A stretch of DNA of 64,000 bases from Promethearchaeota archaeon (GCA_019057795.1 JAHLWS010000077.1:1-64000); one strand, 5' to 3'; numbered from the stretch's first letter, positions 1 to 11,422 are shown. The notes: a model not told the origin generated them from the letters alone. Translations and numbers: made by a program.

Positions 1-135
1 AAGCTCGGATATTATCCTTTTATGGCTTGTTCTTATTGTAATTTCACTACTTCCGCAAGATGGGCACGCTTTTGGTGCATATTGATCGGCAGAGATCTTC
101 ACGATTTCTTTTTTGACGCATCTACTAAAGTCCAT
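1..135 (-). CDS. 5' part of a probable ISL3-type transposase zinc-finger protein (runs off the window edge)
   Basis: Manual translation from ATG at 135: MDFSRCVKKEIVKISADQYAPKACPSCGSSEITIRTSHKRIISEL. The CPxCG...R-x-I-x-[DE]L pattern resembles zf-ISL3. Not in the ORF track. Confidence 0.45.
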   Translation of the reverse strand, partial: MDFSRCVKKEIVKISADQYAPKACPSCGSSEITIRTSHKRIISEL

Positions 136-295
136 GAATTTAAAAGCGCCAAATTTTGTTATAATATGCTGTAATATCTACGTGATACCATTAAACGAAA
201 ACTTTTTTTTTTGCCCATCCATACACAAAGTATAGGAATTAATCCTTTTTGAATTAAATTATCTTTTTTCAAAATCTCAAAAATCGGTCTTAAAA

Positions 296-562
296 TTGGT
301 AAAAGGAACAGTAAAATGGTTTAATAGCCGAAAAGTCTATGGATTTATAACCTCTGAAGAGGGGGGCGATGTATTTGTTCATTACTCTGCATTGAAAGGA
401 GATAAGGACGAATATAAAACACTAAACGAGAATGATAAGGTTAAGTTCGATATTGTTCAAGGTCAAAAAGGATCACAAGCGAGCAAAGTTGGTATAATCA
501 AAAAAGCGCCTCGACAATATAAACCATATAATAAAGGCGGCAAAAGAAGGTCTCGCTTTTAA
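296..562 (+). CDS. cspA: Cold-shock domain protein
   Basis: GTVKWFN, YGFI (RNP1) and DVFVHYS (RNP2) motifs; basic C-terminal tail; TTG start. Confidence 0.92.
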   Translation: MVKGTVKWFNSRKVYGFITSEEGGDVFVHYSALKGDKDEYKTLNENDKVKFDIVQGQKGSQASKVGIIKKAPRQYKPYNKGGKRRSRF

Positions 563-591
563 TTTTTAAATTATAAATCTTTGATATTATT

Positions 592-1149
592 GTGAAGGAA
601 ACTTCTATGTGGGTATTTGTTTATGGCTCATTAATGTGGGATGATTGGGCAACAAGATTTCAAGGAATCAATCGAGGTATAGCCAAATTAAAGGGGTATC
701 ATAGGGCCTTTAACAAAAAATCCATAAGTAATTGGGGTACAAGAGATGCTCCTTGTCCAACGTTGGGTCTTGAAGAGTCAAGTAATGAAGAATGCGTTGG
801 TCTTGTTTTTGAATTTAATGAAGATCAGAGGTATTCTGTGGAAGCCAAACTCAAGAAAAGGGAAGGACTTAGTTTCCAACTTAGCGAATTAGAAGTTGAA
901 TTAGAAAATGGTCAGAAAGTAACGGCTCTCACACCAGTAAACCAAACTAATAAATGGACTTATATTAAAGATACAGAATTAAATACACTAATCGATGCAG
1001 TAAAAAGTACAAGTGGAGAGAATGGAAGTTGCTTTGAGTATATTAAGAATCTTTTTATAATGTGCAAAAAATTGGAAATCCAAGATGAATATATTCAGAA
1101 AATGTGGAAATTAATAAATAAGGATGCTCAGAATCCTGAAGAAGTCTAA
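592..1149 (+). CDS. chaC: ChaC-family gamma-glutamylcyclotransferase
   Basis: WVFVYGSLMW N-terminal motif, WGT..PCPTLGL, REG, and SGENGS..EY. Confidence 0.85.
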   Translation: MKETSMWVFVYGSLMWDDWATRFQGINRGIAKLKGYHRAFNKKSISNWGTRDAPCPTLGLEESSNEECVGLVFEFNEDQRYSVEAKLKKREGLSFQLSELEVELENGQKVTALTPVNQTNKWTYIKDTELNTLIDAVKSTSGENGSCFEYIKNLFIMCKKLEIQDEYIQKMWKLINKDAQNPEEV

Positions 1150-1205
1150 GAATAAGAAGTTTTAAAAAATATTATAAAAATATAAAGGTGGACTTATTAC
1201 GCACA

Positions 1206-1379
1206 TCATTCCTCCTTTTTGAATAAGAATAAGCCTTTTTGACCTTCTTTCACATCAAAAATTATGGTTAATTCATCTTTGTGTTTCCAATTTAAACCTT
1301 TAGCCATACTTACGGGAATGGTGACGCTCCCAGACCCTCTTTCTTCATAAAAATAGTATTTCGTCTTTTATCCTTCCAT
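1206..1379 (-). pseudogene. AbrB/MazE-like small DNA-binding protein with an in-frame TAA at codon 4
   Basis: MEG*KTKYYFYEERGSGSVTIPVSMAKGLNWKHKDELTIIFDVKEGQKGLFLFKKEE. GSVTIP...A..L.W...D.L matches the swapped-hairpin AbrB pattern. Confidence 0.6.
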
Positions 1380-1551
1380 CTTTTTTATCCTTTAATGAAT
1401 TCTCTTAATAATACTTATAATAATTCTGATAATATAACTGATAAGAAAATTTTAATTTATATTCTATATAGCCATAACTCGTGCTAATGTCCAATTATAC
1501 CTAATCTTCATTATATTAATTGCCTCTTATTATGCCTCTTTCTAAATTACT

Positions 1552-2568
1552 TTAAAGAAAACCTTGATCAATATTTTTTTTTAGAATTTTTTTAATAAGT
1601 CGTTGAGTTATTGCCTTTTTCTTTTCTCCAGAGTGTAATTCTCTATGACAATTTGGACAAATTGCACATACGTTATTTATTTCATCGACTCCATCTTTAG
1701 CAAGTGGAATTAAATGATGTGTCTCAAGATAAGGTGTTTTATCGGCTCTTTGAAATGGTGCTAATTTATTACAACATTCACAATTACTCTTTGCTCTAAT
1801 TAAAGATAAAGCAGCAATTCTAGGATCTCGAAAATATTGCTTTACAAGTTGATATTTTTTTTTTTTGGAATATTTTTTCTCTTTTATACTCTGTAATAAT
1901 TTATCTTTTTCTAATGGCTGATCTTTTACTCTTTTCTCAAAATATTTTTCTGATTCTTCCAAAGTCTCATAAATTATAAAATCTTCAAAGTATTCTTTAG
2001 ATTTAACTGCAATCTTTCCAAGAAAACAATCTAATGTAGTTAAGTCTGTTCCAAGAAAATCTCTTAACTCGTAAAGTTTTTTATTAATAGCTATATAATC
2101 AGAACCCCAACTTCCAGTAATTACGGGGTTTTTACCCAACAAATATAGCGCTTTTTTAGATCGTTTGTTCCATACTCCATATTCTTTTGGATTATATACA
2201 TGAAGAATAGCGGTGGCTAACCCATTACTTATTCCTCTGACATGATATTTACCATGTAAGTAAACCATGTTATCAAATCTATCTTGAATATTGATCGATT
2301 CATCGAGCAAATATTTTAAGGATTCTTTTAATTTTTCCATGTCAGCTAAATACCATTTCTTTTGTCTTTCAAGTTTATCCCATGATTTATTATTTTTTGC
2401 AAAACTTTCAAAATCTTCTTTAGTTAACGAATCAATATTAACAAACATATCTCTTAGAGAATCATATGCCTCATATCTCTCTTCAACAATCTCTTTAGCA
2501 GTTTTTCCATTCCAAATATCCTTCAAATTCAAAAAATCTTCAAACAACCTTTTAATATCAATTTCCAT
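1552..2568 (-). CDS. McrA-like HNH endonuclease (putative modification-dependent restriction enzyme)
   Basis: C-terminal CECC...YLETHHLIPLAKDGVDEINNVCAICPNCHRELH; separate helical N-terminal domain. Confidence 0.85.
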   Translation of the reverse strand: MEIDIKRLFEDFLNLKDIWNGKTAKEIVEERYEAYDSLRDMFVNIDSLTKEDFESFAKNNKSWDKLERQKKWYLADMEKLKESLKYLLDESINIQDRFDNMVYLHGKYHVRGISNGLATAILHVYNPKEYGVWNKRSKKALYLLGKNPVITGSWGSDYIAINKKLYELRDFLGTDLTTLDCFLGKIAVKSKEYFEDFIIYETLEESEKYFEKRVKDQPLEKDKLLQSIKEKKYSKKKKYQLVKQYFRDPRIAALSLIRAKSNCECCNKLAPFQRADKTPYLETHHLIPLAKDGVDEINNVCAICPNCHRELHSGEKKKAITQRLIKKILKKNIDQGFL

Positions 2569-2771
2569 ATAATTACCTCATATTTTGTCTTGCTATTCCT
2601 TTTTTCAATTAAAGGCTTGGCTTTAAAATAATTTTTCTATAATTTTATTCCATATTCTTAGATCTTTTAAGGGTTAAAGTTTAAAAATAATGATAAAAAT
2701 GTTTCTTGAAACTTCGAAACAAATTATTTTAAATATAAGCTAAACTATATTAAGAGTGTAAACTCAAAAAG

Positions 2772-3203
2772 TTGATCATTATGATTGAAAAAGAAAGTTT
2801 TATATCTAAATCCATTCTACGTGAGAAAATTATTGTTGATTTAGCAAATATTTTATTTAGAGATCGTGATGATAAAGGAAATTTTAAGGTAAAAAATATT
2901 AGAAAAGTGTATAGCACCTTGCTCGAAGAGAATTATGATCCTTACCTAATATTAGATGCTCCGTTAAGACATTCAATGGATTTTAAACAAGAATATGAGG
3001 AACTTGTAGAAGATGGGATTGTCTATCAAGCACCTGCGGGTAGGAAAGCAGATAAATTTTTCTTAAAAATTGCTAAAGCTTTTAAATGCAAGTTCTTAAC
3101 AAATGATCTTTGTAAAGAATATTATGATGATTATGGAAAGGAGTGGATAAGGGAAAATAGAAAGACATTTATGTTTATAAATGGAGAATTAATACTTGAA
3201 TAA
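2772..3203 (+). CDS. Zc3h12a/Regnase-like NYN (PIN-fold) ribonuclease
   Basis: IIVDLANI, ILDAPLRH, APAGRKADKFFL and FLTND give the acidic-residue spacing of this family. Confidence 0.75.
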   Translation: MIIMIEKESFISKSILREKIIVDLANILFRDRDDKGNFKVKNIRKVYSTLLEENYDPYLILDAPLRHSMDFKQEYEELVEDGIVYQAPAGRKADKFFLKIAKAFKCKFLTNDLCKEYYDDYGKEWIRENRKTFMFINGELILE

Positions 3204-3244
3204 ATAGAAACCAAAAAGTAATATATAGAGGGAAGGTAAATAAT

Positions 3245-6200
3245 ATGGAAGGAATTTCTCACAATAAATATGACCCTATTAGACAGATTTTATTTTTTTT
3301 ATTTTCTATAGATGATATCTATAAAGATAAAGAAAAAATTATGGATAACGTCCAAGTATTAATTGATGAGGAAAAATTAGGAGATGAAATTAAAAGACAA
3401 TGGCATTATTTGTTAGGAAATAGTGAGGACTATAATGTTTTAGCTGAAAAATTCATTAAAAAAAGCTATACTACTTGGAGAAGAAAACTTGAAACTTTTC
3501 AAAATATTAAAAATGAAGAAGAGACCAAAAAATTCATAAAAGAAAATTTTCCTCTAAGTATGATGATACGATATGAAACAGGAGCTTTGTCTCGGAACGA
3601 AATTTTAAGATTTTTAGAGTTTAAAGAACCAAAGATTAAAGATTATTTTAACGGTCGTTATGGAAAATATCTAAATTTTCTAATTTATCAAAATAATTTA
3701 CTTCATATCAATTTACATTTAAAAATAAAAGAATATACAACAGGAACTTATGGTCTTCTTATTATTTGTTCATTTTGGATTGATGAGCCTGAATATTTTG
3801 ACACTTTAGATATAAATATTATCAATGAGAATTATAGCAGCTCTATTCTTTGCTATAAAGTTATAACCAAATTAATATCATTAAATTTTAAGAGGCTCTC
3901 CCTTTTTAATGCGCAAGAATATAGGGAAGAAAAATATTCTTCCAATATCAACAATGAATGGGTTAAATTCTTACCTCACTTTTTCATTACAACGGGTATT
4001 GAAATCATTAATGAAAATCCTCTATTTTTATTTGAAGATTTAGTGTCTAAACTTAATCAAGTAGAATTAGTTATAAATAAACATAGTAATACTCCTATAT
4101 TCAATCCTAATGAATGGTATAAAAGTCTTTCTCTTGAGGTCCAAACTTTTATAGAAAAAGGAAAAGAATTATTTTTGAAAATTGAAGAAAAGGAGCTAGA
4201 GCTAGAGAAAGAAAAAATTGAGGAAAAAGTAAAAGTAAATGAATATAAAGAAAATGACCTTATAATTGAAGATGTTGCTCTCCTTTTTAAGGATGCGCTA
4301 CAAAAAGATAGGAAAGATGAGAACATTATTAAAGATAATGAGGGATTTAGAACAATTAATAGCTTTTTTAAAGAGTATAAGAATAAACTAAAAGGAAGAT
4401 CAATACAGACAATTTATAATTATTTTAAGCAATGGGACTTGAATTATTATTTAGAATCAAGGGAAAGCACGCGGCAAGGAGGTGGTAAAGAGTATAGATA
4501 TAGGGAAGGTTTTATGACTCAGAAGATTTCTTCAGATAAACAATTAATTGAATCAACCGAACAAAAAGATGAGATTTTCCAGAAAGAGAAAATACAAATT
4601 CAGCAAGCACTAAATTATTATAATAATCAAAAATACGAAAACGCAAAAGCTCTTTTAATAAAAATTTCTAAAAATCCAAGTAAAGATTTATTTAACGATG
4701 ACCAGCTATATTATGGTGTATGGTATTATATTAGCCGTTGTTACCAAAAGCTAGAAGACTATACAAACGCTACTTCTTATTTTAAAAAAATCTATTCTAA
4801 GAAAAAAGATTTTATTAATGTTAATTTTCACTATATCGAAAGTAGTCTGGAGGCGGGGATGTACAGAGAAACTCTTCAAATTATTAATCATACTCTTAAC
4901 AACTTAAAGGATTTATTAAAAATATTCGATTTAACTAATTATTATATGATTTATGATGATTTAGAATTCATCATACGTTCAATAACATGGAAATATGACT
5001 CCATTAATGATGGTCTGAGACCTTATATAGAATACTTGGAAAACAATGATTTTAAGAAATCTATTATTGGAATCAATAAAACTAAACCAGATTTAAGAAT
5101 TCTCCGCAAACCTTTCGATGAAAAGGATTATACCATAATTTATCATAATCTTATGCTAACCGAGAAATTTTATGAGACTTTAATACGAATATGGTTCTTA
5201 AAGTCTGAGTGTTTTAGGAGATGTATAATTAAGAAATTTCTTAACCAAAATTTTGATAATCTTGACCAAATTTTTAGAGAGGTGATAATCTTTTTTAAAA
5301 AAATCCAACAATTAAATTTAAGGTCTAAATATCCTTTTATAGATATTTTAAGTTTTGTATACTATTATATTGGTCTAACAAAACTGTTTGATTTAATAGA
5401 TATCCAAAAAGAGTTAGAAGAGAATTTTCCAGAAGGGAAAGGTTTCCATTATTCTCCCGAATTTAGAAATCTTAAAAAATACAAAATTATTTATTACTAT
5501 CTTAATGCTGTGAATCAGTCTTTTAATTCTCCAAAAAATGTCTTTCGCTATGAAATTAAGAGTATACGGGAAAAAAAACCAATCTTGGTATCTTCGGAAA
5601 TTAAAGCTGAACTTTATTTCATAAAAATTTCTCTTCTCCAAAAATATGTGCTCGATGAATTACTTAATGAAGAAAGATCATTCCTACAAAGTATAAAGAA
5701 TAGTGACACAGAAGATATCCATGAAATTTATCGAAACTGGGATGATTTTCACTTTCCTTTCCACTCTTTTAGGAACTTGATATATTATAATGAACTTTTT
5801 TCTGAGTTTGAAGAAATATGCCATAAATACAACATTGAAATATATAAATTTTGGGTAAAAAGACTACAAAGCAGTCTTTTTGATAAACTAAAAGAAGTTA
5901 AAGAACTCCGTATAGAAGGTCGCACATATGCTCTAAACTGTATTTTTAAGATCTTATATTCAAAATATACCCAAAAAATTCATGAGTTTGAAGTTTTTAC
6001 TAAGGAGAAACCAGAAGATCTGAGTATAGAATATTTTATCTATGATTCTATAAAAACAGAGATTAATTCCATAAAACAAAAAAAAGTTGGTCAAATTAGA
6101 GCTAAACTTGACGTAGAGAATAAGCATCTTATAAAACATATACTCAGTTATATAAAAAAGCATGGTTTTTTTATTGGAGACAATTTAGATTTAGATTTTA

Positions 6201-6511
6201 GTCTATGGTTAGATTTTGAATTTCAATTTGAGGAGAATGTCGATATCTTAGAATTTTATTATAAAATTAATCTAACATATGAAAGAGTAAGATTTAAAGA
6301 ACATCTTGATATAATTCCACTCGCATTATTTCATGTAATTGATATGAATGCAGATGAATTATATATTCAAATATCGGATAAATTTAAGAAAGAATTCAAA
6401 ACTTATTTTCAAGAACAATTTCCAAAAGAATACCAAAATGAATTTTTTAAATTTACTCCTATGTTCATTCTAAAAAAAAATATGTTTAAAATAAAAATTA
6501 AAAAATTATAA
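3245..6511 (+). CDS. Large hypothetical protein with a central wHTH-like segment and TPR repeats
   Basis: 1088-aa ORF; ALNYYNNQKYENAKALL...YYISRCYQKLEDYTNATSYFKK TPR pattern; SIQTIYNYF...GGGKEYRY wing-like segment. Confidence 0.6.
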   Translation: MEGISHNKYDPIRQILFFLFSIDDIYKDKEKIMDNVQVLIDEEKLGDEIKRQWHYLLGNSEDYNVLAEKFIKKSYTTWRRKLETFQNIKNEEETKKFIKENFPLSMMIRYETGALSRNEILRFLEFKEPKIKDYFNGRYGKYLNFLIYQNNLLHINLHLKIKEYTTGTYGLLIICSFWIDEPEYFDTLDINIINENYSSSILCYKVITKLISLNFKRLSLFNAQEYREEKYSSNINNEWVKFLPHFFITTGIEIINENPLFLFEDLVSKLNQVELVINKHSNTPIFNPNEWYKSLSLEVQTFIEKGKELFLKIEEKELELEKEKIEEKVKVNEYKENDLIIEDVALLFKDALQKDRKDENIIKDNEGFRTINSFFKEYKNKLKGRSIQTIYNYFKQWDLNYYLESRESTRQGGGKEYRYREGFMTQKISSDKQLIESTEQKDEIFQKEKIQIQQALNYYNNQKYENAKALLIKISKNPSKDLFNDDQLYYGVWYYISRCYQKLEDYTNATSYFKKIYSKKKDFINVNFHYIESSLEAGMYRETLQIINHTLNNLKDLLKIFDLTNYYMIYDDLEFIIRSITWKYDSINDGLRPYIEYLENNDFKKSIIGINKTKPDLRILRKPFDEKDYTIIYHNLMLTEKFYETLIRIWFLKSECFRRCIIKKFLNQNFDNLDQIFREVIIFFKKIQQLNLRSKYPFIDILSFVYYYIGLTKLFDLIDIQKELEENFPEGKGFHYSPEFRNLKKYKIIYYYLNAVNQSFNSPKNVFRYEIKSIREKKPILVSSEIKAELYFIKISLLQKYVLDELLNEERSFLQSIKNSDTEDIHEIYRNWDDFHFPFHSFRNLIYYNELFSEFEEICHKYNIEIYKFWVKRLQSSLFDKLKEVKELRIEGRTYALNCIFKILYSKYTQKIHEFEVFTKEKPEDLSIEYFIYDSIKTEINSIKQKKVGQIRAKLDVENKHLIKHILSYIKKHGFFIGDNLDLDFSLWLDFEFQFEENVDILEFYYKINLTYERVRFKEHLDIIPLALFHVIDMNADELYIQISDKFKKEFKTYFQEQFPKEYQNEFFKFTPMFILKKNMFKIKIKKL

Positions 6512-6564
6512 CATTATTCTTGAAGATTTACCGTCTAAATATATATTTTTGCAGTCTGATTGCT

Positions 6565-6774
6565 AAGGTGGCAAGTGAAAATTTAAAAGATAAAGATATT
6601 GGCAAACAATTGATCGAAGATATTGCTAAGTATTCTGCCCATCCAGATTGTGAAACCCTTTATTGATTTATTTATGATCCTAATCATAATCAAATAAATC
6701 CAACGGGACTAATTAAAGATTTAATTAAAGAAGATCAAACTCCTAAGGTAAATATAATTATAAATCCAATATAG
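6565..6774 (+). pseudogene. C-terminal remnant of a DpnII/MboI-like PD-(D/E)XK nuclease
   Basis: KVASENLKDKDIGKQLIEDIAKYSAHPDCETLY*FIYDPNHNQINPTGLIKDL; TGA at 6664-6666 where Cys is typical; no start codon or N-terminal half. Confidence 0.65.
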
Positions 6775-6916
6775 AAATCCTTTAATAGTATTAACAATAT
6801 CCAACTCTATTTTTCCCTATTATATTTGATAAAAATAAATTTTATTGTAACACCATAAAATTCTAATATTTTTATACATAAATCTGACTTATACTAAATT
6901 GTTAGGATGAAAATTT

Positions 6917-8386
6917 ATGGTCTTATCAGAAAAAATTAAGGAAACCTTATTAAAAGCTACAATAGAATCTATTCAGAATAGAAAGATCGAGGAAAATTTA
7001 TTTTCCACAAATACAGGCAAAATTCTGAGGAATGAAATTGAATCTATTAATAATATTTCAAAATATCAATGGAATTATAGGCTAAATCAAATTGATTCTC
7101 CTAGAGATTTATTGGAAGATTTTTTTTTTAAGAATTTTATTTTTAATATGAAAAATTTTGTCTCACAGAATATTAAAAAGAATTTTGAAAAGAATCCCTT
7201 ATTTTTAAATTATTATAATAAACAGTATGATATTTTAGAAGCTGAAATCCTTTTTAGTCCAACTTATGATTACACAATTTTAATTCCAACCTTTAATTTT
7301 ATAATGGATGATAATTTACTTCAACTTGAACTCGATTCTAATCATATAATTACGAATATAACAAGGGAAGAGGATACATATCAAAATAAGTATGGAATCA
7401 TAGATTTTAAAAAAATTCCAAGAAATTGGGAAAAATATTGGAATAATCCTCCATATGCAAGTTTTGAAATAAAATTTTCTCTTCCAAAACGTAAAAATTC
7501 AGAGCCTCCTTATGTTGGATTCATCCCTCCTGCTCCATTTAATTCAATCAGGTTCATTAATCCTGTTTTTGAGAAGGTTAAGAGTATTTTCGACTTTTTC
7601 TATTGTTTTAAAAGAGATCTTTTTAGTAGTTCTATTTTTACTTTTGGAGATAGATATTATGTTTTTCTACCACCTTTTTCTTCGAGTAATTTTGAAGACT
7701 ATTTAAGATCATATACTAATGGTGAATTCCCAGATCCATATAGAATTTTTGTATTAAAGAAACCCGAGGATATAAAATATTGGAAAAATAAATGGAATGC
7801 TAAATATAATAAATTTTATAATAATTATTTTACAGCCACTACTGGTTCAGAAGGATTTCGTATGTTCAAACGTGTTTTGGATGTTCTCCGTGTAATAAAT
7901 AAAATCGAATATATTGATTTAAGAAATTTTTTATTGATTTCCAGTTTTGAGGGTATTTTGTATTCAGAACATATTGCTGCAGATAAACTCAAATACCCCA
8001 AATATAATAAAAAGGGGCCACTCTCAGAAATATTTATTAAATTATCTGAAGAATTAAGAGAATTTTGGCAAAAGATATTCGTTAGCAAATATCCTATGAA
8101 TAAACCTCTAAGTTCATTTGAGACTAAAGATGATTTAAAAAAATTTATAATAAGTGCTTTTAATTATAGAAATAATATTGCTCATCCGGAGAAAGTAAAA
8201 AAAATTAAAATACAACCTTCTTACTTAAAACCTTCTAATCCATTAATTTCTGAGGAGGAAAGATTAGAATTTTTAATCAATCAATATTTTACTTATTTTT
8301 TATTATTTTTAATGAGGATTTGGATTAATAAAGAATTTAAATCGATTACACAATGGCACGATTATTTGAAAAACCTTTTTATTTAA
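6917..8386 (+). CDS. HEPN-domain protein (ApeA-like putative RNase)
   Basis: C-terminal ISSFEGIL helix and YRNNIAH (Rx4H) motif. Confidence 0.7.
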   Translation: MVLSEKIKETLLKATIESIQNRKIEENLFSTNTGKILRNEIESINNISKYQWNYRLNQIDSPRDLLEDFFFKNFIFNMKNFVSQNIKKNFEKNPLFLNYYNKQYDILEAEILFSPTYDYTILIPTFNFIMDDNLLQLELDSNHIITNITREEDTYQNKYGIIDFKKIPRNWEKYWNNPPYASFEIKFSLPKRKNSEPPYVGFIPPAPFNSIRFINPVFEKVKSIFDFFYCFKRDLFSSSIFTFGDRYYVFLPPFSSSNFEDYLRSYTNGEFPDPYRIFVLKKPEDIKYWKNKWNAKYNKFYNNYFTATTGSEGFRMFKRVLDVLRVINKIEYIDLRNFLLISSFEGILYSEHIAADKLKYPKYNKKGPLSEIFIKLSEELREFWQKIFVSKYPMNKPLSSFETKDDLKKFIISAFNYRNNIAHPEKVKKIKIQPSYLKPSNPLISEEERLEFLINQYFTYFLLFLMRIWINKEFKSITQWHDYLKNLFI

Positions 8387-8408
8387 ACATTATTGAGGTT
8401 TTTTTTTA

Positions 8409-9386
8409 TCAAACTCCCTTTTCGGCTTTTATTTCTTCAATTTTATTCCTTATCAATGCCCTAATCAACTCGTCTCCATCAATATACCCTAAATTTGGAT
8501 TATTCTTAACATATTCGTCAATGAACTTGATATTTTCCCTATTTACTTTTAACACCACTTTTTTTTTGGGTTTTAGTAACATTTCTTGAATCATATCGTA
8601 ATAAGAAGAGCAATGATACTTAGTGAGGGTATTAAAGACTTCTTCTATAGAAATATAATTGATAGAAGGGTCTTCAAATCTTTTGACTTCAGGACCGAAA
8701 TAGAACAACAACGAGTTTGACGAGTCATAGATCTTTAATTTTTCGATTTTCTCATCAGTTACTTTAAAAGAAACCTGTGCAAAAACTTTTCTCTCGTTAG
8801 TTCCGATACCTGATACGTCAATTTTCGATTGAGAACCACCAATCTTTAGAATTGGTGCGTGTATGATTTTGTACATCTGCAAGTATTCGGAACATATTAC
8901 TTCTAGTTGTTTATCAACCAAATAACGTAATTCTATAGGTAACCCCTTCTCCTTGTAAATATAATCTAATCCTTCATCAAGTATCCTCCACCTGCAAACC
9001 GTTTGCTTAATGGGTTTAATATTTAATAGTGGATAATCAAAATAGGTTCTTTTTCTTAATTCTATTACTTGAACCGATTTATACTATTTGTCTTTAATTT
9101 TTTCTAGCTCAATTTTGGTACCTGCTTCAATTTTTCCAATATACAAACCTGTTTTGTCGATAGTCGAATAATCCAAAGCGATCAGGGCTCCATTTTGGCA
9201 GAACTCTTGTAAAGTTGTTAACGCTGATTTCCCAAATGTTTCATAATCCTCTGGATTTACGCTTTCTAAATTTTGAAAATGGATATTTTTATCAAATTGA
9301 TATAAAAAAAAGCCCTTGTTAATTTTCTTACTGAAATTTTGAAGGAATGCTCGTTGAACTGTATGATTTCTCTTTGTTTCATTCAT
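8409..9386 (-). pseudogene. PD-(D/E)XK (Mrr-like) nuclease with a C-terminal ribbon-helix-helix, split by one in-frame TAG (9084-9086)
   Basis: Track ORFs 9084..9386 and 8409..8921 are in the same frame and joined by 54 open codons (YKSVQVIELRKRTYFDYP...). IDVSG...FAQVS nuclease motif; KKVVLKV..ENIKFIDEYV...DELIRALIR RHH-like tail. Confidence 0.65.
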
Positions 9387-9718
9387 TATTTTTTACTTCT
9401 ATCTATTTACCCATTTATTGTATTGAATTATTTCCATTCATTTTTATCTTGATTAAATGTAAAAATTATTATTAATTTAATATGAATATTATCTTGTCAA
9501 TTTTTAAATAATAGCAGAGTATTGAAATATCTAATTTTATTATTATTAGTAATAATTAGTTTATTTTTATTAACTTTAGGTATTAACAAACTACATGTAT
9601 AAACTCGTAAAATATTTTCAAGATAATATGATGATCGATAATGAAAAAATAATTCTTGGTCAAAAGCATAATTGGATTATGAAGCTATTACAATAGAAGT
9701 CCAGTTTTATGGTGTATA

Positions 9719-11422
9719 ATGATGAACAATGAAAAATCTTCGCCAATTGAAAATATATATCAGAAGATCGATCAGAATCTCATCAATATTGGATCAAATA
9801 GTCTAGAATGCGAAACTTTTTTTCATAGTTTATGGGAAACAGCTGTTAAGAAAAACTCAGATTCAAAGTTGATTAATGATATTAAAAAGGACTATTATTT
9901 ATTCACATTTCGAGAATCAATACCACTCGAAGATCTGGAGTATTACAAGGAAAGGTTTAAAAATACTGAAAATTCAGTGCTCAAAGTAATGTATTTTAAC
10001 GTTTTAAATAAAGAAAAATTAGATTTTGACTTAATTTTAGAAACTTTCGATTATTTTTTCATTTTATATGAGAATGCTCTTAAATCTGGGAATCCAATTT
10101 CAATTAAACAAAGTATTGATATATTAAATTCAAGCTTAGAATATGCTCTCAAGTTAAAAAATGAAAATATGATCTCAAAATCTCTTTCAAAACATGTGGA
10201 GTTTATAACCGAGCACATTCGGCTTAAAAACTTTAATTGGGCATATTTATTAGTCAAATCATTATTTATTATCGGAAAGAAACATTGGGATAAAGTAGAT
10301 GAATCTTTCATTGAGAATATAATTAAAGAAGTAATGAAAGAAAAGGAAAATGGTCCAAAATATTTCAATGGATGGAAAGACTGGTCTAATTTATTAATCC
10401 AATTATACACATTATTAGGAAAACATGAAAAGAAAAAGGCAACACTTCAAACAGCTGCAGATACGCTAGAACAAGACTTTGATGAAATGGTGAAAAAAGG
10501 TGAATTATCTCACATAAAAGCAGGTTACTATTATAATAAGATTGCTGAATATCGCAAAAAAATGAACCAATCTCATAGAGATATGAATGATTTGATGATA
10601 AAAATCAAGCACCATCAAAAAGAAGGTAAAAAAGATATGGTTGTAATTAAAGGATCGTATGAAATTCCAGAAAAGGAGATTCAAAAGTTTGTTTCTAGAT
10701 TCGAAAAAAAACCTACTCTTGAAATCATCCAGTTAATCAATGAGATCCCCATAATTTCTTTCGAAACTTGTGTTCAAGCACGAAAATCGGGATCGAGTGA
10801 TTCTTTTCTAGAACAAATCCCTCACATTACATATGTCAATGGACTTATAAAAGCTAAGACAGTCGGAAATGAGACTATAGATACCCAAGCTAAATGGTTA
10901 TTTATTGAGGAGATGAAATTAATAATCTTTAAAATTGGAATCCTTTTCCAAAAATTAGGAAGTCAAAATGATAATTTTCTCGATGAGTTAAATGAATTTT
11001 TTGGTAAAAGCAATAATTTTACTAGTACGAATAAGGAATTGATGTCATATGGTATAGAGAAATTTAGAAAAAAAGAGTATATAGCCGCAATACACGTTCT
11101 CATTTTCCAAGTAGAAGTAATCCTAAGAAATAGATTGAAAGACTTTGGGATCAGTGATTACATAGAAAAAAATGGAGTTCAACAATATATCAGCTTGGGA
11201 AATGTATTGACCAAATTACACGAAAACCATGACCTTCAAGAAAATTTTTTGATATTTCTTGATCTTTTCTTATCTGACCAACAATTTGTTAACCTAAGGA
11301 ACAAAATAGCTCACGGTCTAACAAAAATCGAAGAGTTCAATGAAAACAATACGGTTGCCTTGATATTTATTTTAATAAAATTAGTTAATTCAAGTGAAAG
11401 GTATCTAACAACTGGGAAATAA
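9719..11422 (+). CDS. DUF4209 (HEPN-like) domain protein
   Basis: AAIHVLIFQVEVILR...VNLRNKIAHGL C-terminal signature. Confidence 0.8.
   Translation: MMNNEKSSPIENIYQKIDQNLINIGSNSLECETFFHSLWETAVKKNSDSKLINDIKKDYYLFTFRESIPLEDLEYYKERFKNTENSVLKVMYFNVLNKEKLDFDLILETFDYFFILYENALKSGNPISIKQSIDILNSSLEYALKLKNENMISKSLSKHVEFITEHIRLKNFNWAYLLVKSLFIIGKKHWDKVDESFIENIIKEVMKEKENGPKYFNGWKDWSNLLIQLYTLLGKHEKKKATLQTAADTLEQDFDEMVKKGELSHIKAGYYYNKIAEYRKKMNQSHRDMNDLMIKIKHHQKEGKKDMVVIKGSYEIPEKEIQKFVSRFEKKPTLEIIQLINEIPIISFETCVQARKSGSSDSFLEQIPHITYVNGLIKAKTVGNETIDTQAKWLFIEEMKLIIFKIGILFQKLGSQNDNFLDELNEFFGKSNNFTSTNKELMSYGIEKFRKKEYIAAIHVLIFQVEVILRNRLKDFGISDYIEKNGVQQYISLGNVLTKLHENHDLQENFLIFLDLFLSDQQFVNLRNKIAHGLTKIEEFNENNTVALIFILIKLVNSSERYLTTGK

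Noticed and set aside
6664-6666. TGA at a Cys position read as selenocysteine
   Set aside because: The surrounding sequence is a headless fragment of a nuclease family with no selenoprotein precedent that I know of, and no SECIS was recognised.
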